A stretch of 64,000 nucleotides of DNA from Vicugna vicugna (lineage: Eukaryota). Within the stretch, counting starts at the first letter, position 1; every line of letters starts with the position of its first letter. The translations under genes and the position numbers were made by a program. The DNA lies in NCBI GenBank assembly GCA_013265495.1, contig MU058844.1:9010184-9074183 (forward strand). The letters run 5' to 3'. The notes below the pieces were generated by a model that searched no databases, was not told the DNA's origin, and worked only from the letters and a program-made list of their open reading frames with translations. Shown here one piece after another: positions 25,250-37,559 of the stretch.

Positions 25250-25722
25250 GTAAATGTTAATTTCCTAGTTTGATAAATGTACTGGACTATGTAAGATGTT
25301 GATATTAAGAAAATCAGGATGAAGGCTATATGGGAACTGTATGTTTAGAACTCCTTGAGAAGAAAATAAAACTGTCTTTGTTCACAGATGACATAATAGT
25401 CTCTATAGAAAATCATTAAAAAGAAAAACTGGAACTAATAAGAAAGGAGGTAGATTACAAGGCTAACATACAAAACTCAATTGCTTTCCTGTATACCAAC
25501 AATGGACAAGTGGAATTTAAAATTAAAAACAATACCATTCACATTAACACCCCGAAAATGAAATATTTAGGTATAAATCTAACAAAATATATACAAGATC
25601 TATATGAGGAAAAGTACAAAACTGATGAATGAAATCAAAGAACCAAATCAATGGAGAAATAGTTCGTGTTCATGGAAGGAGCCCGTCTATAAATCTAAAA
25701 TTATTTCATAGTAAACAGTTAA
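25250..25722 (+). mobile_element. Old L1 (L1MC/ME-type) 3' terminus, split by an L1 ORF2 fragment
   Basis: aatgttaatttcctagtttgataaatgtac...atgtaagatgttgatatt...tatatgggaact (25252-25340) and tctataaatctaaaattatttca (25686-25708) are collinear with the intact L1MC end at 37883-38014. Confidence 0.6.
25357..25680 (+). pseudogene. Decayed L1 ORF2 reverse-transcriptase fragment
   Basis: Translates to EKKIKLSLFTDDIIVSIEN* (L1 RT motif KLSLFADDM..Y.ENP) and later KMKYLGINLTKYIQDLYEEKYKT (L1 KYLGI.LT motif); contains stops and frameshifts. Confidence 0.9.
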
Positions 25723-25789
25723 GGAAGCAAACCATTTTAGAAAAAAGCTAAAATTATACAAGAAAATTCAATAAAACTAAAACGCACAC

Positions 25790-26430
25790 ACATCTATTTA
25801 TTTTAACGATTGTATAGGATTCTATTGTGTGGATGTATAATAGTGTATATAATCATACGTGAATTAATGGGCATGCAGTTTTTTTCTGTGTTTTTCTGCT
25901 GACACAAAAGGTGGTGCAGTGAGCATACATTTACATAACTTTTAAATAATTTTAATAATATATGGTAGGACAAATTCCTAGAAGCAGAATTAAGTCAGAG
26001 AGTATCTGCATTTTGAATTTTGATAAATATTACCAAGTTGCTTTCCAAAGAAAAGTGTGACTTAACATTTCCCTAGCTGAATGTGTGCCTACTCTGCTTA
26101 AATGACCTTATAAATGATATATGTGACATTTATGACCTTATATATGAAATCTATGACACTATCAGGAAACATTGGCTTCCTTTTACAAATGAGTAAAGTG
26201 TATTTCTAGTCACTTAGGTTAATTATTTTTATGTTTATTGCCCTTCTGTGTTACTTGGTAAACTCTCTTTTCTGCCTGATACCCAGTTTTATAAAACAAA
26301 TTTGGGTTAGTTTTTAAAAAATCAATATATTCATGCTTCAAAAAATTTATTTGTAAATTTTCATTGTGTTGAGTTAATCTTACCAAGCCCTTATTTTTCA
26401 TTGGTAGATACTTACACTGTTTGCAAATAA
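25790..26430 (-). mobile_element. Old L1 (L1ME-type) fragment
   Basis: ttctattgtgtggatgtat...aaattcctagaagcagaatt...ttttgataaatattaccaagttgctttccaaa. Confidence 0.7.
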
Positions 26431-27112
26431 TGTACAATGAATTTTGTGTCTATTTAAATTTTAATACTATTTACACAGCCCCACACAAAAATGAATCAGA
26501 GCATTGGCTTTTCGGTTTCTGGGTTTTATTTTTTTCCCAAGTCTCTTTTGAAGACATTAAGGAGTAAGATGCATATGCTTTCAAATATCATTTTCTATTT
26601 TGTTAGAAAGAAAGTATTAAGACTTCCCATCTTAGCTGTTAGACTATTTTAGGAAAGGAGCCTTGATGGTATTTGAAATATGATAAATGCCTTTATCACA
26701 TACAAAGTTATACTTACACTCATGATGAAGGAAAAAAGCAGATGATCAAAGCCCATAACAATAAAGTACTGTATTAGAAAAAGAAGCATGCTGATGACAA
26801 GCTCATGGACATGGAGTGGTTCATTGCTAATTTGCAAGGCACCTTGGAAAACTCGGTCCATGTTAAATGTGCGTTTATTATTAATTGTCCTCTTTGGTAA
26901 ACCTAACTTAAATAATTAAAATATTCTTTGAAACTTTAAGCCTTTTTTGTTTTTGAAACTGAATACTGCAATTTCTAGATATTTACATGTACTAGCACAT
27001 CAGTAAAATCTCTTTTCAACTCACTTACAATACATATGCACAATAGCCCATCTTGAAATGTATCCGTTTTTAGTGTATTTACTCCATAGAAATCACTGTA
27101 AGTTCCCCCACC

Positions 27113-27172
27113 AACTTTACTGAAATAAAATTGACATATAACATTGTGTAAGTTTAAGGTGTACAGATGATT
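27113..27172 (-). mobile_element. Extreme 3' tip of an L1MA9-like element
   Basis: ctttactgaaataaaattgacatataacattgtgtaagtttaaggtgtaca is the reverse complement of the L1 terminus also seen at 42617-42660. Confidence 0.7.
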
Positions 27173-27249
27173 TCACAAGCTCTGCTTTTGTGTCCATACT
27201 AAGCCAACTGAATAAACTCTGCTAGGCAATTTTTTTCATACCATAATTA

Positions 27250-27680
27250 TGTATTGAGCCTCTAACTTGGGTTAAGCTTTGTGCTGCACACTGGAAAAAA
27301 TCACTAAAACACAGTACCTGACCTTGAACAAGTGGCAGTCTAGGGGGAAGTCAGTCGAGGAAAGCTGTAATGACATCAGAGGCATGTGTAGGAAAGGGAC
27401 CACAGGTCCAACTGGAAAAGAGGAAAAGAAGTTTTCTAGAGAAGGTGACAACTATGGGGAAGTTTAAAGGAAGATTAGAAGTCATTTCAAGGGAAAATTG
27501 TGTTCCAAGTTGGGGTATAGCATCACAAGTCTATAAAGTAGACATTTCAAGGAATGGTTTGGCTGGGACAGAAGTGGAGATGAGCCAGTCTGTCTAGTGT
27601 CTTTTGTGGCAGTATGAGGAGTTTAGATCTTGTTATACAAACACTGGGGAGACATTAAGGGATTTCAAGTGAGGGATGGT
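27250..27680 (-). mobile_element. L2 fragment
   Basis: gtattgagcctcta...ggagtttagatcttgtt...actggggagacattaagggatttcaag. Confidence 0.6.
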
Positions 27681-27820
27681 AAGGCAACATCTACTAAGTA
27701 TTAGACATGTTAGCTAACATGCTGACATTGATGGACACTACAGAAAAAAGAACAAAAAGCAGGCAGAAAACCAAAAAATCACATTGTGCATCTCAATAGG
27801 CAGCTACAGGATTCAGTTTA

Positions 27821-28170
27821 CAATTGGCCCCTCGTATCCTCAGGTTCCACTTCTGAGTATTCAACTAAGGGCAGATCAAAATTATTTGGAAAAAAAAAAT
27901 TTTAAAAAGTTCCAAAAAGCAAAACTTGAATTTGCCACAGGCTGGCAATGGTTTACATGGCATTTACATTGTATATACAACTATTTGCATAGTATTTACA
28001 TTTTATTAGATATTATAAATAATCTAGAAATGCTTTATAGTATACAGAAAGTTGTGCCTAGGTTATTTGCAAACACCATGCCATTTTATATAAAGGACTT
28101 GAGCATCCTTGGATTTTGGTATCTGTGTGGGTCCTGGAATCAGTCCCCATAGGACACTGAGGGATAGCTG
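27821..28170 (-). mobile_element. MER2/MER2B (TcMar-Tigger) DNA transposon
   Basis: Full length (350 bp) with TA on both sides (27819-20 and 28171-72); related termini caattggcccctcgtatcc and ggacactgagggatagctg; internal ccattttatataaaggacttgagcatccttggattttggtatc. Confidence 0.9.
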
Positions 28171-28489
28171 TACTACAGTGATTGTAGCTCTTTTTTATTT
28201 AGTACTGTATGTTTTCATTTTAAATGCTTTTCATGCCTTGTTTTATTTGAGCTGCACCAGAATCCTGTGAGATTGTAAATAGTCTATTTTCTTTTTTTTA
28301 ATGAGCAAATAAAAATAGTCTACTGCTTAATTTTGCACTACTAAAAGAGAATGCAAATGACCCTTCCTTTGAATAGAGAATGTCTGCTTGTGTAGGTGTG
28401 CTTGATCTATCAAGATAAACAACCAGCTCAGGAGTTGGAAATGGTAGGTCCTTAAAGGACTCCTTACCAGGTATCCAACTGTAAATATT

Positions 28490-28620
28490 CATTCATTTGA
28501 TAATTTTAATTTTTGCATTGAGCATTAATTATGTTCCTGATACTGACTTACAGGTGCTGGAGACATGAAAGTGAACAACACAATTTTTTCCCTCATAGAT
28601 ACTCCAGTACAGAGGGGAGC
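28490..28620 (-). mobile_element. L2 3' end fragment
   Basis: attgagcattaattatgttcctg...ggtgctggagacatgaaagtgaacaa. Confidence 0.55.
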
Positions 28621-28679
28621 TTTATGCAACTTTGAGTGTAGTTTTATGTATTCAAAATATTCTTTTCCAGTGCTTTACA

Positions 28680-28890
28680 AAACAATATTATTTAGGAATA
28701 TTTTTCTTTACCATTTAATTTACATGATTATACATTGTATTTTAATCAAATTTACTTATGGACATAAATGTATATAAATCTTGACCTTGCATTTCAGATT
28801 ATTTCCTTATAATGATTTCCTGGAGGATGTATTATTTGCTTAACAAACAGTTTTGCACAGGGTTGTATCAGTTAACACTCCCATTAGCAA
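28680..28890 (-). mobile_element. L1ME-type fragment (degraded)
   Basis: attatttcctta...atttcctggag...ggttgtatcagttaacactcccattagca. Confidence 0.45.
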
Positions 28891-29449
28891 AGTGTTAGAT
28901 AGCAGTGATGAGAGGTTTTAAAATTTTTTTTTCAAATGTAAATTTTATGTCTTGACGTATTCTTGGAAAGTGTTCAAAGATAGGTCAAAGTGGTCACAAA
29001 GTTGCCCCAGAATTTTTCAGAATCTTCTTTGCATGCCAGAGAGTTTTCAGCTTTCATTGTTTGCTTAAAAATTTTTCAAAAATTTTTATTGCTAAAAGTG
29101 ACTCTTTTCAGAAAATCTGTCATTTACTTTATAATGAAAATCTTACAGTTTTCCTTTTCCTAGTAAATTATTGTTGTAGATTTAACAACTGCACATCTAT
29201 CTTACTTCCATTTGAAGATTATGAAAGAGATGAAGACAAAAAACGGAAAAAATAAAAGGCAGCCTATTAGAATATTTTAATAGTCACATAAACTACCTCA
29301 CCCTGGAGCTGAATAAGACTTGGCCTTCTTTTAATTCTTTTGAGTCATATTTTCTTTGCAATAGCAGGTTTTTTAAAGATGTTTTTCTTTTATAATGACT
29401 ATACAGAATTAGTTCATCATAAACACTGATTTGAAAAAAAAAACAAATA

Positions 29450-29650
29450 GTATATGTGAAGACTGTGGTGTTACACCCTGTGTTTAAATCCTTGCCACAC
29501 ACATTTGTGACTTTCTGTGCCTCTTCAGTTTTCATTAAAACTGGCATAATCATGAAACATCTCATGATATTGTTTTTAGAACTAGACACATACAATCTAT
29601 AAAGAGCTTTGAATAGTATTTTGTACCTAATAGGTGATTAATAAATGTTA
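29450..29650 (+). mobile_element. MIR SINE
   Basis: tgtttaaatcctt...ctttctgtgcctcttcagttttc...taataggtgattaataaatgtta. Confidence 0.6.
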
Positions 29651-30923
29651 AATACAGGATTATGTATTTTTCTTTTAAAATTTGGTTCAGTAGTCAGTGA
29701 TTTCAGTTATCAATGATTGTTGCTGTACTGATAAACTAAAAGTTAAAAGTATCAAATTCAAACATAAAAACAAATGTGAATTTTATGTGAATATTGAAAT
29801 ATTAACACATAGACAAGTTTAAGGTTCAAATTACCTGAAGCTCATGAGCATATTTCTGAGTAGTTATTATCTCTATATATACATAATATGTGTACATACA
29901 CACACACTTACATATTCAATTGAGATTTGAAATGTGTGTGAAGATAACTTTTGGAATCTGCCTAGTGAAGAAACTAAAATAATAAAGCACAGGTAATTAG
30001 GTGTTTGAAATAGTCAGGTAGCACTTTATCTGTGAAATATGTACCTTTCTTTTTTCCTCTTCTAGTCTTCTTTACATCTAACAGAATATAATAGTTCTGA
30101 ATTTTTAAAATTGTTCACATTACATCTGATGAAGAAAGACAAGGTTGAGTTTCACAGAAACTATCTTAAGTTCTTTGTTGTCAGGGAAAAGGGAGAATAT
30201 TTTCTTTAAAGGTGGTGTCTGGCTTCCTCTTTTGTTCGAGCTGTCGTTTCAGAACTCTGACCTGTCCAGAATCCACAGAAGCCACATTTGATTGTGGGAG
30301 TGAGTAGAGGTGACCTGGAGCTTTGAGCTTGGAGCAGAGAGAAACCAAAGACTGAATTTCACACCAGAAGACTTTATACAATTTCAAGTTTAAAGAGGAA
30401 GTTGGGAATCAAGAGCTAAAATTGTAATGGAGGGTCCTCAGATGGAATTGGGTAGAGTGAGCAGATTTAGAAAGCAAGGCCTGGAACTATTCCCTGAAGC
30501 GAAAGGACATGGTTAAGTGGGAGCCACTGAAGGTCCTAATATCCTTGAGACCTAGAATTTTGACCTTGATATGTGCTCTCAGACCAAAGGTGGGAGAAAA
30601 GGATGATGGAATAGATACCCTTAGTAATATAATTTGGAATTCTTCCCTCATCAACAGGAGGACTAAGGTGAAAACCTTCTTTCTTTACAATTTTCCAATT
30701 CCTGCATAATATCTGAAGGCTATGAACCACTGTGGAGGGGCACTACCCAGACTTCCACCATCCATACATCCCAACACTTCACTAGATATTAATAAACAGA
30801 TAGTTCTGCTTTGGTTTGGACTCCAATGAAGTGGCCTTGTTTCTGTTCTTTAAAATTCATATAAAATATACTCTTGTTGTTTGTAATTTTTTAATCTTTA
30901 AAATGTCCCTACCGTAAATAGTT

Positions 30924-31842
30924 TTTCATTTGATTGTTGCAAATAATACGTAAAAATATAGGATTTCTATAATGAACTTTATTTCAGAAATGAAAAGCAT
31001 ATATACACAGATCATAAAGTTAACACCATACTGTAAAGTTTAATAGTATGTGACTAGAATCCAGATCTAAGGGCCTTAGGACTTATTTATGTCACTAGTA
31101 GGAATAAAGGCCATAGTATTATTTTTAAAATTCCTAGCACTAAGGAATCCATCAGCATATGGATATAAATTTAGGAACCTCTGGTTAGCTGACAGGGCTG
31201 CAAATTCAATGCCAGATGTCCTCTGTTCTAGTCTCAGACCTACCACAGTCTATGTGAGGTTGGGTTGGTCCCTCACCCACTCATAGATTGTTCTCCATCT
31301 AAAATTAATTATACTTTGGGTTTTGAGCAAAGGAGAGACATGAGTGTCTTATGTTTTAAAAGGAGCTCTCTAGCTGCTATGCTGAGAGTAGAAAAAGAAG
31401 AAGTAGAAGCAGAAATCAGTTAAGGCTATTGCAATCATCCAGAAGAAAGATAAGGATGGCCTGGACCAGCATGGTTGCTGGAAAGGAAATGAGAAGTGGT
31501 TATATTCTGGATGTACTTTGAAATGTAGAGCCATCAGAATTTTCTAATATATTAAATAAAATGAAAGACAGAAATCAAGGGTAATTTCAAGTTTTTTGCC
31601 CTTGGCTATATCTTAAAAAAACTTAGGTTAAGTATTGAATACTAAAACGTTACTTCACAGGTACATGTACAATTCAATTAAAAATATTCCCCAGATATTT
31701 AAATAAGAATTTCAGCCCGGGTTTTAGCTGTATTCAGCTTATTAACTGTATTTAACTATGTTTAGCTTGATTTTGAGTTAATTTCATTTGATTCTTGCAA
31801 ATAATACATGAAAAAATATAGGATTTGTACTATGAACTTTAT
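30924..31842. repeat. Imperfect ~60-bp direct repeat pair (30924-30982 and 31782-31842)
   Basis: tttcatttgattgttgcaaataatacgt--aaaaatataggatttctataatgaactttat versus tttcatttgattcttgcaaataatacatgaaaaaatataggatttgtactatgaactttat: 5 substitutions and one 2-nt indel. Confidence 0.9.
31315..31605 (-). mobile_element. L2 fragment
   Basis: ttttgagcaaaggagagacatga...ggctattgcaatcatccag...gagaagtggttatattctggatgtactttgaa. Confidence 0.75.
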
Positions 31843-32022
31843 AGATATAGATTGAGGAAAATGCTACTTTGCTAGCAATCTATCAATCCAAAACAGGGGA
31901 GTTTTTCTTACTAAAACCTACAAGAAAATAAACAATGATAAACCTCCATTTATACTCTTGTCTTAAGCCCTGCAAACTTGATGGGCAAGCCTGCAGCCAG
32001 ATGCTAGAAAACAAGTACTAAC

Positions 32023-32097
32023 TGCTGGCTATCACTGTCGCTCTGGATACAGATCAGACGTGCTGGCCATCACTATAGTTCTAGATACAGATCAGAC
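32023..32097. repeat. 38-bp-period tandem duplication
   Basis: tgctggctatcactgtcgctctggatacagatcagac versus tgctggccatcactatagttctagatacagatcagac (32/37 identical). Confidence 0.9.
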
Positions 32098-32989
32098 CAA
32101 CCTGCATAGAAAGCAAGAGCTCAACAAATACACTAAATAAAAACTGTCCTGGGGAAAACACTTGGCGAAAGGGAATAGGATGCCAGACCCTGGCCTTTTG
32201 ATTAATTGCCATGATTTTCAATTTCTTTACAAAGATGCAGTGTAACAGCTACCCTACCATACTTTCAACACATTCAGATGTATTTTCTTTATAACATTTT
32301 AATAGTTTGGCTCTTTCTTCTCTTTCTTTTCCATAGTCAACCTGTTTCTGAGCCTCAAAATTTTATGAGAAAGAGGATTCTAGTCTGATAAGACTTCTAA
32401 ATACTTGAGAAATACCTAATTTATATGTAATTAGTTTATAATTAATTATGAAACTGCATATAAAAGAATCTCACAACAAATGATAATAATCTGCCTCCAG
32501 AACTTCACTATCTTTAATAATCTTATTTTAAATATAGTATGATTTTGCTCAAATTACCTTCTTTGTATCTTTTTCATAAACTGTAACAATGCAAAAGATT
32601 TTCTTTTCAATGAATTTTAAACCAAGCATTACTTAGCAGTTTACCCCACTTTTCTGTACACTGTAGATTCTGCTTTAAATAATTTTTTTGTGTTTATGCA
32701 CAAGCATTTGCGTGACTTTAGACATCAGTTTTTTAAATGTAAGATTCATAAATAGGAAAAAATTAACAAACTACTCAACTTACCAGGGATCAAGGAAAAT
32801 TAATTTCTGTACAAAGATTGTAGATTTTAGTTCATATTTTACCAAAAGAATATGAAAAACTACATAAATGACAAAAACTGTTTGCATCCTTTTTGTTTTA
32901 TTTTTTTTCAATTAGTAAAGTTTGTTCTTTTTATACAACATCAAAAGAGTAAACAATCCTATGTATTTGTACTTAGAGCTGCACCAGAA

Positions 32990-33290
32990 GATTTATCAGA
33001 ATCCAGCTATGGAAAACTATACCATGCTACAGCACTTGACCTTTCATATTTATCATGTAGACAGTGGGAATTTTTTTTTTCTAACAGTGTGATGAGCAGA
33101 TCTGAGTTTCAGGTATATTTTGAGAGTTCTGAAGGATTGTCTAGACTGTAAAGATTCTAGAAAGGTAACTAGTTAGAAGGCTATTCCTGTAGTTGTTGCC
33201 AGAACTGATCTGGACCAGGGCTGTGGCAGTGGGAAGGAGAGAATGAGAGAAAAGAACTAATCAGAGAGAAGTAGTCATGGCAGGTGGGAA
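32990..33290 (-). mobile_element. L2 fragment
   Basis: tagttagaaggctattcctgtag...ctggaccagggctgtggcagtggg. Confidence 0.6.
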
Positions 33291-33375
33291 TATTTAGTCT
33301 AGGGAACAAAACTATACACAGAATTTCAAAATAAATGAAGAGCTCTTGTGTGATCTCAAAGAGAAAGTGAAAATT

Positions 33376-33460
33376 CTCTTTCTCTCTCTCTTCCTCCCTC
33401 CCTCTCTCTCTGCCTTTGTCTTTCTGTCTCTGTCTCTGTCTCTTTTTATTTCCTCTTTAC
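33376..33460. repeat. CT-rich low-complexity tract
   Basis: Degenerate (CT)n/(CCCT)n/(CTGTCT)n run. Confidence 0.8.
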
Positions 33461-34194
33461 AGAATTCCTGTAGGCAGATCACTTTTGATAGAGGCTGTGC
33501 TTTCTCCTAGAGGAAACTTTCCAAGTAAAGAGAGCAGTATAAATTGTATTAGGTAATAGACAGTGGCCTAGTTTCACTAGATCTTAGATATTATTGAGAA
33601 AATGATGAAAAGTAAATTTAAATTAAATTGAGTTTAGATTCTCAAAGGCTGTGGCTAAGAAAGAAAGATGGAAAGGGTTGCTTATAATGAGAAAATGTCA
33701 TTTGATCTATTTTCTTAAAATTATAAATCAGGTCAAGGCATGGCTTCCATGAAAATATGGTATTCCACTGGGAAACAGAGAAGTGTCCCCAAAATGCACA
33801 TCCTTTTTTTCTGAGAGAAAATGTTCCTTATTATGTAACTTCCTCTCCATACTGGGGCTCATGTCTCTTCCTCTTCAAAGACACATTAATGTCTCTAACT
33901 CTGTGCATCCTTGGCAAAGTTTCTTGTTCTTTGATCTATCTTAGCAGCCAGTTGGCAATAGCAGTATTAGAAGCACTAAATATACTTACGAGCCAGTCTT
34001 CATCTTGGAAATAATACTGCTTTTAGCATATTCTTTTAAAATTTTCATTTAAAAATGAAAATACTAATAATAAATGTAAAGATTTAGTAAAATAATATAT
34101 TAGCTTCTATAAAGTGGCTAGTGTTATTTAGTAATAATAATCCATGCCTCAGACATTTGCAAAAGCTGATAATGGCTTTTTATGTATGTCTGTT

Positions 34195-34825
34195 TATTCA
34201 CTCAATCACTAAGTAGATAAATATATTTTGAGAATCTGGTAGGTGCCAGGTACTTCTCTAGGCTAACCATAATGTAAAAATGCTCAAAACAGACAAATGT
34301 GCCTGTGTTGTGGAGCTTACATAGAGTTCAGGGGGACTAGAAAATAAACACAACAATTTAAGCAAATATATGGTATGTTAGATAGCAATACATGTCCTGG
34401 TGGAAAATAAAGCAACGAAGGGGTGTTGCAAATTCAAGTAAGGTGGCAGAGAATGCCTTGACAAAAAGGGGACATTTGAATGAAGATTTCACTCATATGA
34501 GGGAGAAACTCTGGGAAAAGGCAAAGGGAATATCAAGTGCAAAGACCCGAGGTGAAAGTGTTCCTGGCATGTTGAGGGAAAGGGCAATTCTGCTCTAACA
34601 GATGGATTAAGAAAGAATCAGTGATAAAATCAGAGGAGAGGTGTGCAGGTAGTGTAGGACATTGTAGGCAATAGTGGTGACTTTGGCATTTACTGTGGGT
34701 AAGAGGCCATTCGAGGATTATGCAGGGGGGCGGGTGCTGGTCTGACTTTGGCGTGAACAGGATCTCCCTGCTACTGTGTTGAAAATAGACTGAAGTAGGG
34801 CAACTGCTATTATTGGCAATCATTC
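34195..34825 (-). mobile_element. L2 LINE (3' ~630 bp)
   Basis: attcactcaa...aggtgccaggtacttctctagg...tggagcttaca...aagtgcaaagacccgagg...gactttggcatttact...gatctccctgctactgtgttgaaaatagact. Confidence 0.8.
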
Positions 34826-35654
34826 TGACCTCTTCCCTGAAGCAGCTTTATCTGAATTAATCTGATTATGAGAAGCAGAAGTCAGGAGTATAAGAGTTAA
34901 GTCCATGACAAACAGAAACAGCAGTAGAGAAATCAGGCTCAAATTAACAGATAAAATTCAGAAAAGCCCACAGTTCAAAGATATGGCTCAGATGGCAGGT
35001 CGGGATTTGAACATCATTAGCACAAATGAATGAATGACCGTTTGACACCCTAAATGCAATTTTTTATAAATAGCATATTAAGTGCTGTTTAATATAACAT
35101 AATACTCAAGTAACACAAAAATCTGATTATGTTCATTTAAATTATTGTTTTAAAAAAATAATCTACTGTATTCTTTTAGAAATAGAAATTGAGCAGCTGC
35201 TACTGTGCATCAGTGGAGACACGTTGTTACATTGACAAGATGTTGGATGCTATTTGCCAAAAGTAGTGTTCGTGTGTAGAATGTGCTCTTTGATTTGGAA
35301 GCTCTCCAGTCTGAAATGGCTAGAAATTTGGGTAAAATGTGCAAATGGACCCAAAATAAATAAATTCAATGAAAAAAATTCAATGAAATATGCATTTATC
35401 ATATGTATGCTATATCCTGGAACTGTGCTGGAACTGAAAATGCAAACCTTTATGAGAAATAATCTTTGCCCACCCTTTTCTGCTATGTTGAGAAAGAACA
35501 GCTTGTAAGAATCAACTTTAAACTGTGTGAATATGTGTTCCCTAAAGCTACCTGTAAATTATTTGCCCTGAGGCTGAAACGGAAAGAAAGTAAATGTTAA
35601 TTCTGTTTGCAGTAACAGGAGAAGAGAAATGAAAAGAAAATCCTGCAAGTATCT

Positions 35655-35815
35655 ATTCTAGGTGCTGTACACACTCACTTGACCCTTATAACAACTCTCT
35701 GAATTAGGTGTGTGTCCCTCATGTCACAGATGAAACTAAGATTCAGCGATGTTAACTATCTTGTGCAGGTTACTTAACTAGCAAAGAGAAGATTTAGGAT
35801 TTGAACACCGCAGCT
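35655..35815 (-). mobile_element. MIR SINE
   Basis: ttataacaactctctgaattagg...acagatgaaactaagattcagcgatgttaac...ggatttgaac. Confidence 0.65.
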
Positions 35816-36799
35816 AACTTCAGGGGGAAGGGAAGTGCATGTTGCTATGCACCCAAAAGAGAAGAAGACCTGGAATATTTGTGAGCATCTCTGGTGACAG
35901 CCACAGCTGGCTCCCTGCTTTGAGGGACTGGTCAGAGCTGTGCTGACTGAAGTAAGTCAGAGTAGGAGGAGCATGTCCTTAGATTTAATTGTTCCTAATA
36001 AGGGCTGGAAATAGCAATGCCAAATATTGGAACTATAGTGTTCTGGAGAGATTATCAAATAGGCACTTAGGCATGGGAAATGATCAGGGACTGAGACACA
36101 GACTCTCACATAAAATGAAAACTTTCTAGGAAGTGCTGTACTGTCCATGCCTCCATTAGTTATGTGATGAGCTGGCCTTCTCATTTTTAACAGGCAGCCC
36201 TAAGGCCTTGGGCATAAAGAAATTTGTCCTGCAAATTCAAGGCCTTTGCTGACAAATAATTTTAAAGCCAAGAGTAAAGGTGAGAACCTTTGTGTTTAGT
36301 TTCCCATTCGGCTACATTCCTACAAATAATTCTTATTGTTGAATGTGACACAGGGAGCCATCAGAAACAGAAAAATATTTTTCTTTGTACTGTGGGATTC
36401 CATGATCTGTAACTACTCACTTGTTTTAGAGCAAGACTAGTCATGTGAAAGGGGAGGCACTAAACTCTTTGAGGGAGATAAACAAAAACCTTCTCAGACC
36501 TCTAACTGGGTCCAATCTATATACAATTGAATAGGATTGAATAAGAACTTTGTGAAATACTTGTGTGTTATGGATGTTATTTTTTATATCATCTTAACCT
36601 TTCAAAAGGTATCAGAGCCACAGAAATAGCCATTAACAATTATCTCAGGGTGATTATTGGAGCTCCCACCCTCCAGGAGAATGGAATCACGATTGGATTT
36701 GATTGGTAATATCAGGAAGATGTATGCCTTTTAACCATGGGCTCAGAGAGTGTGCACGGTTTATACCTCCAGATAAGAGAGGGAGAAAGCTTTAGTTTT

Positions 36800-36950
36800 T
36801 ACTCCTTACTCTCTGGCTAACTTAGAAGAATTATTTAAATCCTACTCAACTATACTCTCCTCATCTGTAAAACAGGTAAAATAACATTCACTTCATAGTA
36901 TCTCAGATTTAAATGGGATCTGAGGGAAAGTGCTGAGCGTGGTACATACA
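36800..36950 (+). mobile_element. MIR SINE fragment
   Basis: Core motif ctcctcatctgtaaaacagg...aaagtgctgagcgtgg. Confidence 0.65.
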
Positions 36951-37559
36951 TGGTGACTCACCTCCTTTTTTCCCCTCTCCCTGCTCCTCAACAATATAAT
37001 TACTATTACCTGAACCTCTACCTCCAAGGTGAGAATTAACTCAGGAAAGAGTGTGGACTCCCCTGGGGCTGCTTTTGACTGTGCCTCTCTGCTCCAATGT
37101 AGATTAAAAGAGAGGAGAGAGAGGAAATGAAAAAGAGAATGAAAGTTAACAGCCCCTTTTTTGAAGTTATCAGCAATTTTCTTAGTTGGAGCAACAACAA
37201 AAAGTAACAGGGACTTCCTTTTGTTGTCATAGTTGTTGACAATAGAAGGTAGAGAGCAGGCATGGAATGGTGTGCCCTTCGAAGAGGCATGACAGAGGCA
37301 TGGCACAGAGACAGGATGTGTGTCCTGGCAGGGAGAATGTTCCATGAGTTCACCGCAGGGGTGGCAGAGCCTGCAAAGATTAATGTGGGAGATGCACTGG
37401 AGTTCTTGTAGCACTCTACCTGCTAACTTACAGTATTGGCTTATGTCCAGGAGGCCAAAAATGCCAGCAGAGAAGGAGTATCATAATAATTTCATTCTCC
37501 CTTTGCTTGATGCACAATGATTTTTTCCCAAGAGGAAACATGCATTTTTAAATCTCTAT

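Noticed and set aside
30253..30305. Possible 47-nt micro-exon (tttcag|...ggga|gtgagt)
   Set aside because: Peptide not recognisable, not frame-preserving, and no partner exons found.
24989..32097. Short direct repeats as a CRISPR-like or other prokaryote-type array
   Set aside because: Only 2-2.5 copies each, with no regular unique spacers and no cas genes; the context is clearly mammalian.
35170..35340. Possible exon after ttcttttag
   Set aside because: Stop codons appear in all three frames shortly after the acceptor.
37194..37228. 11-bp inverted repeat ACAACAAAAAG / CTTTTTGTTGT with a 13-nt loop
   Set aside because: The arms are low-complexity, so chance occurrence is likely, and the stem is too short for a pre-miRNA.
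36893..37414. Longest ORF in the track (173 aa, minus strand)
   Set aside because: No recognisable domain, low-complexity composition, its end runs into a MIR fragment, and I found no supporting exon structure. Consistent with a chance ORF.
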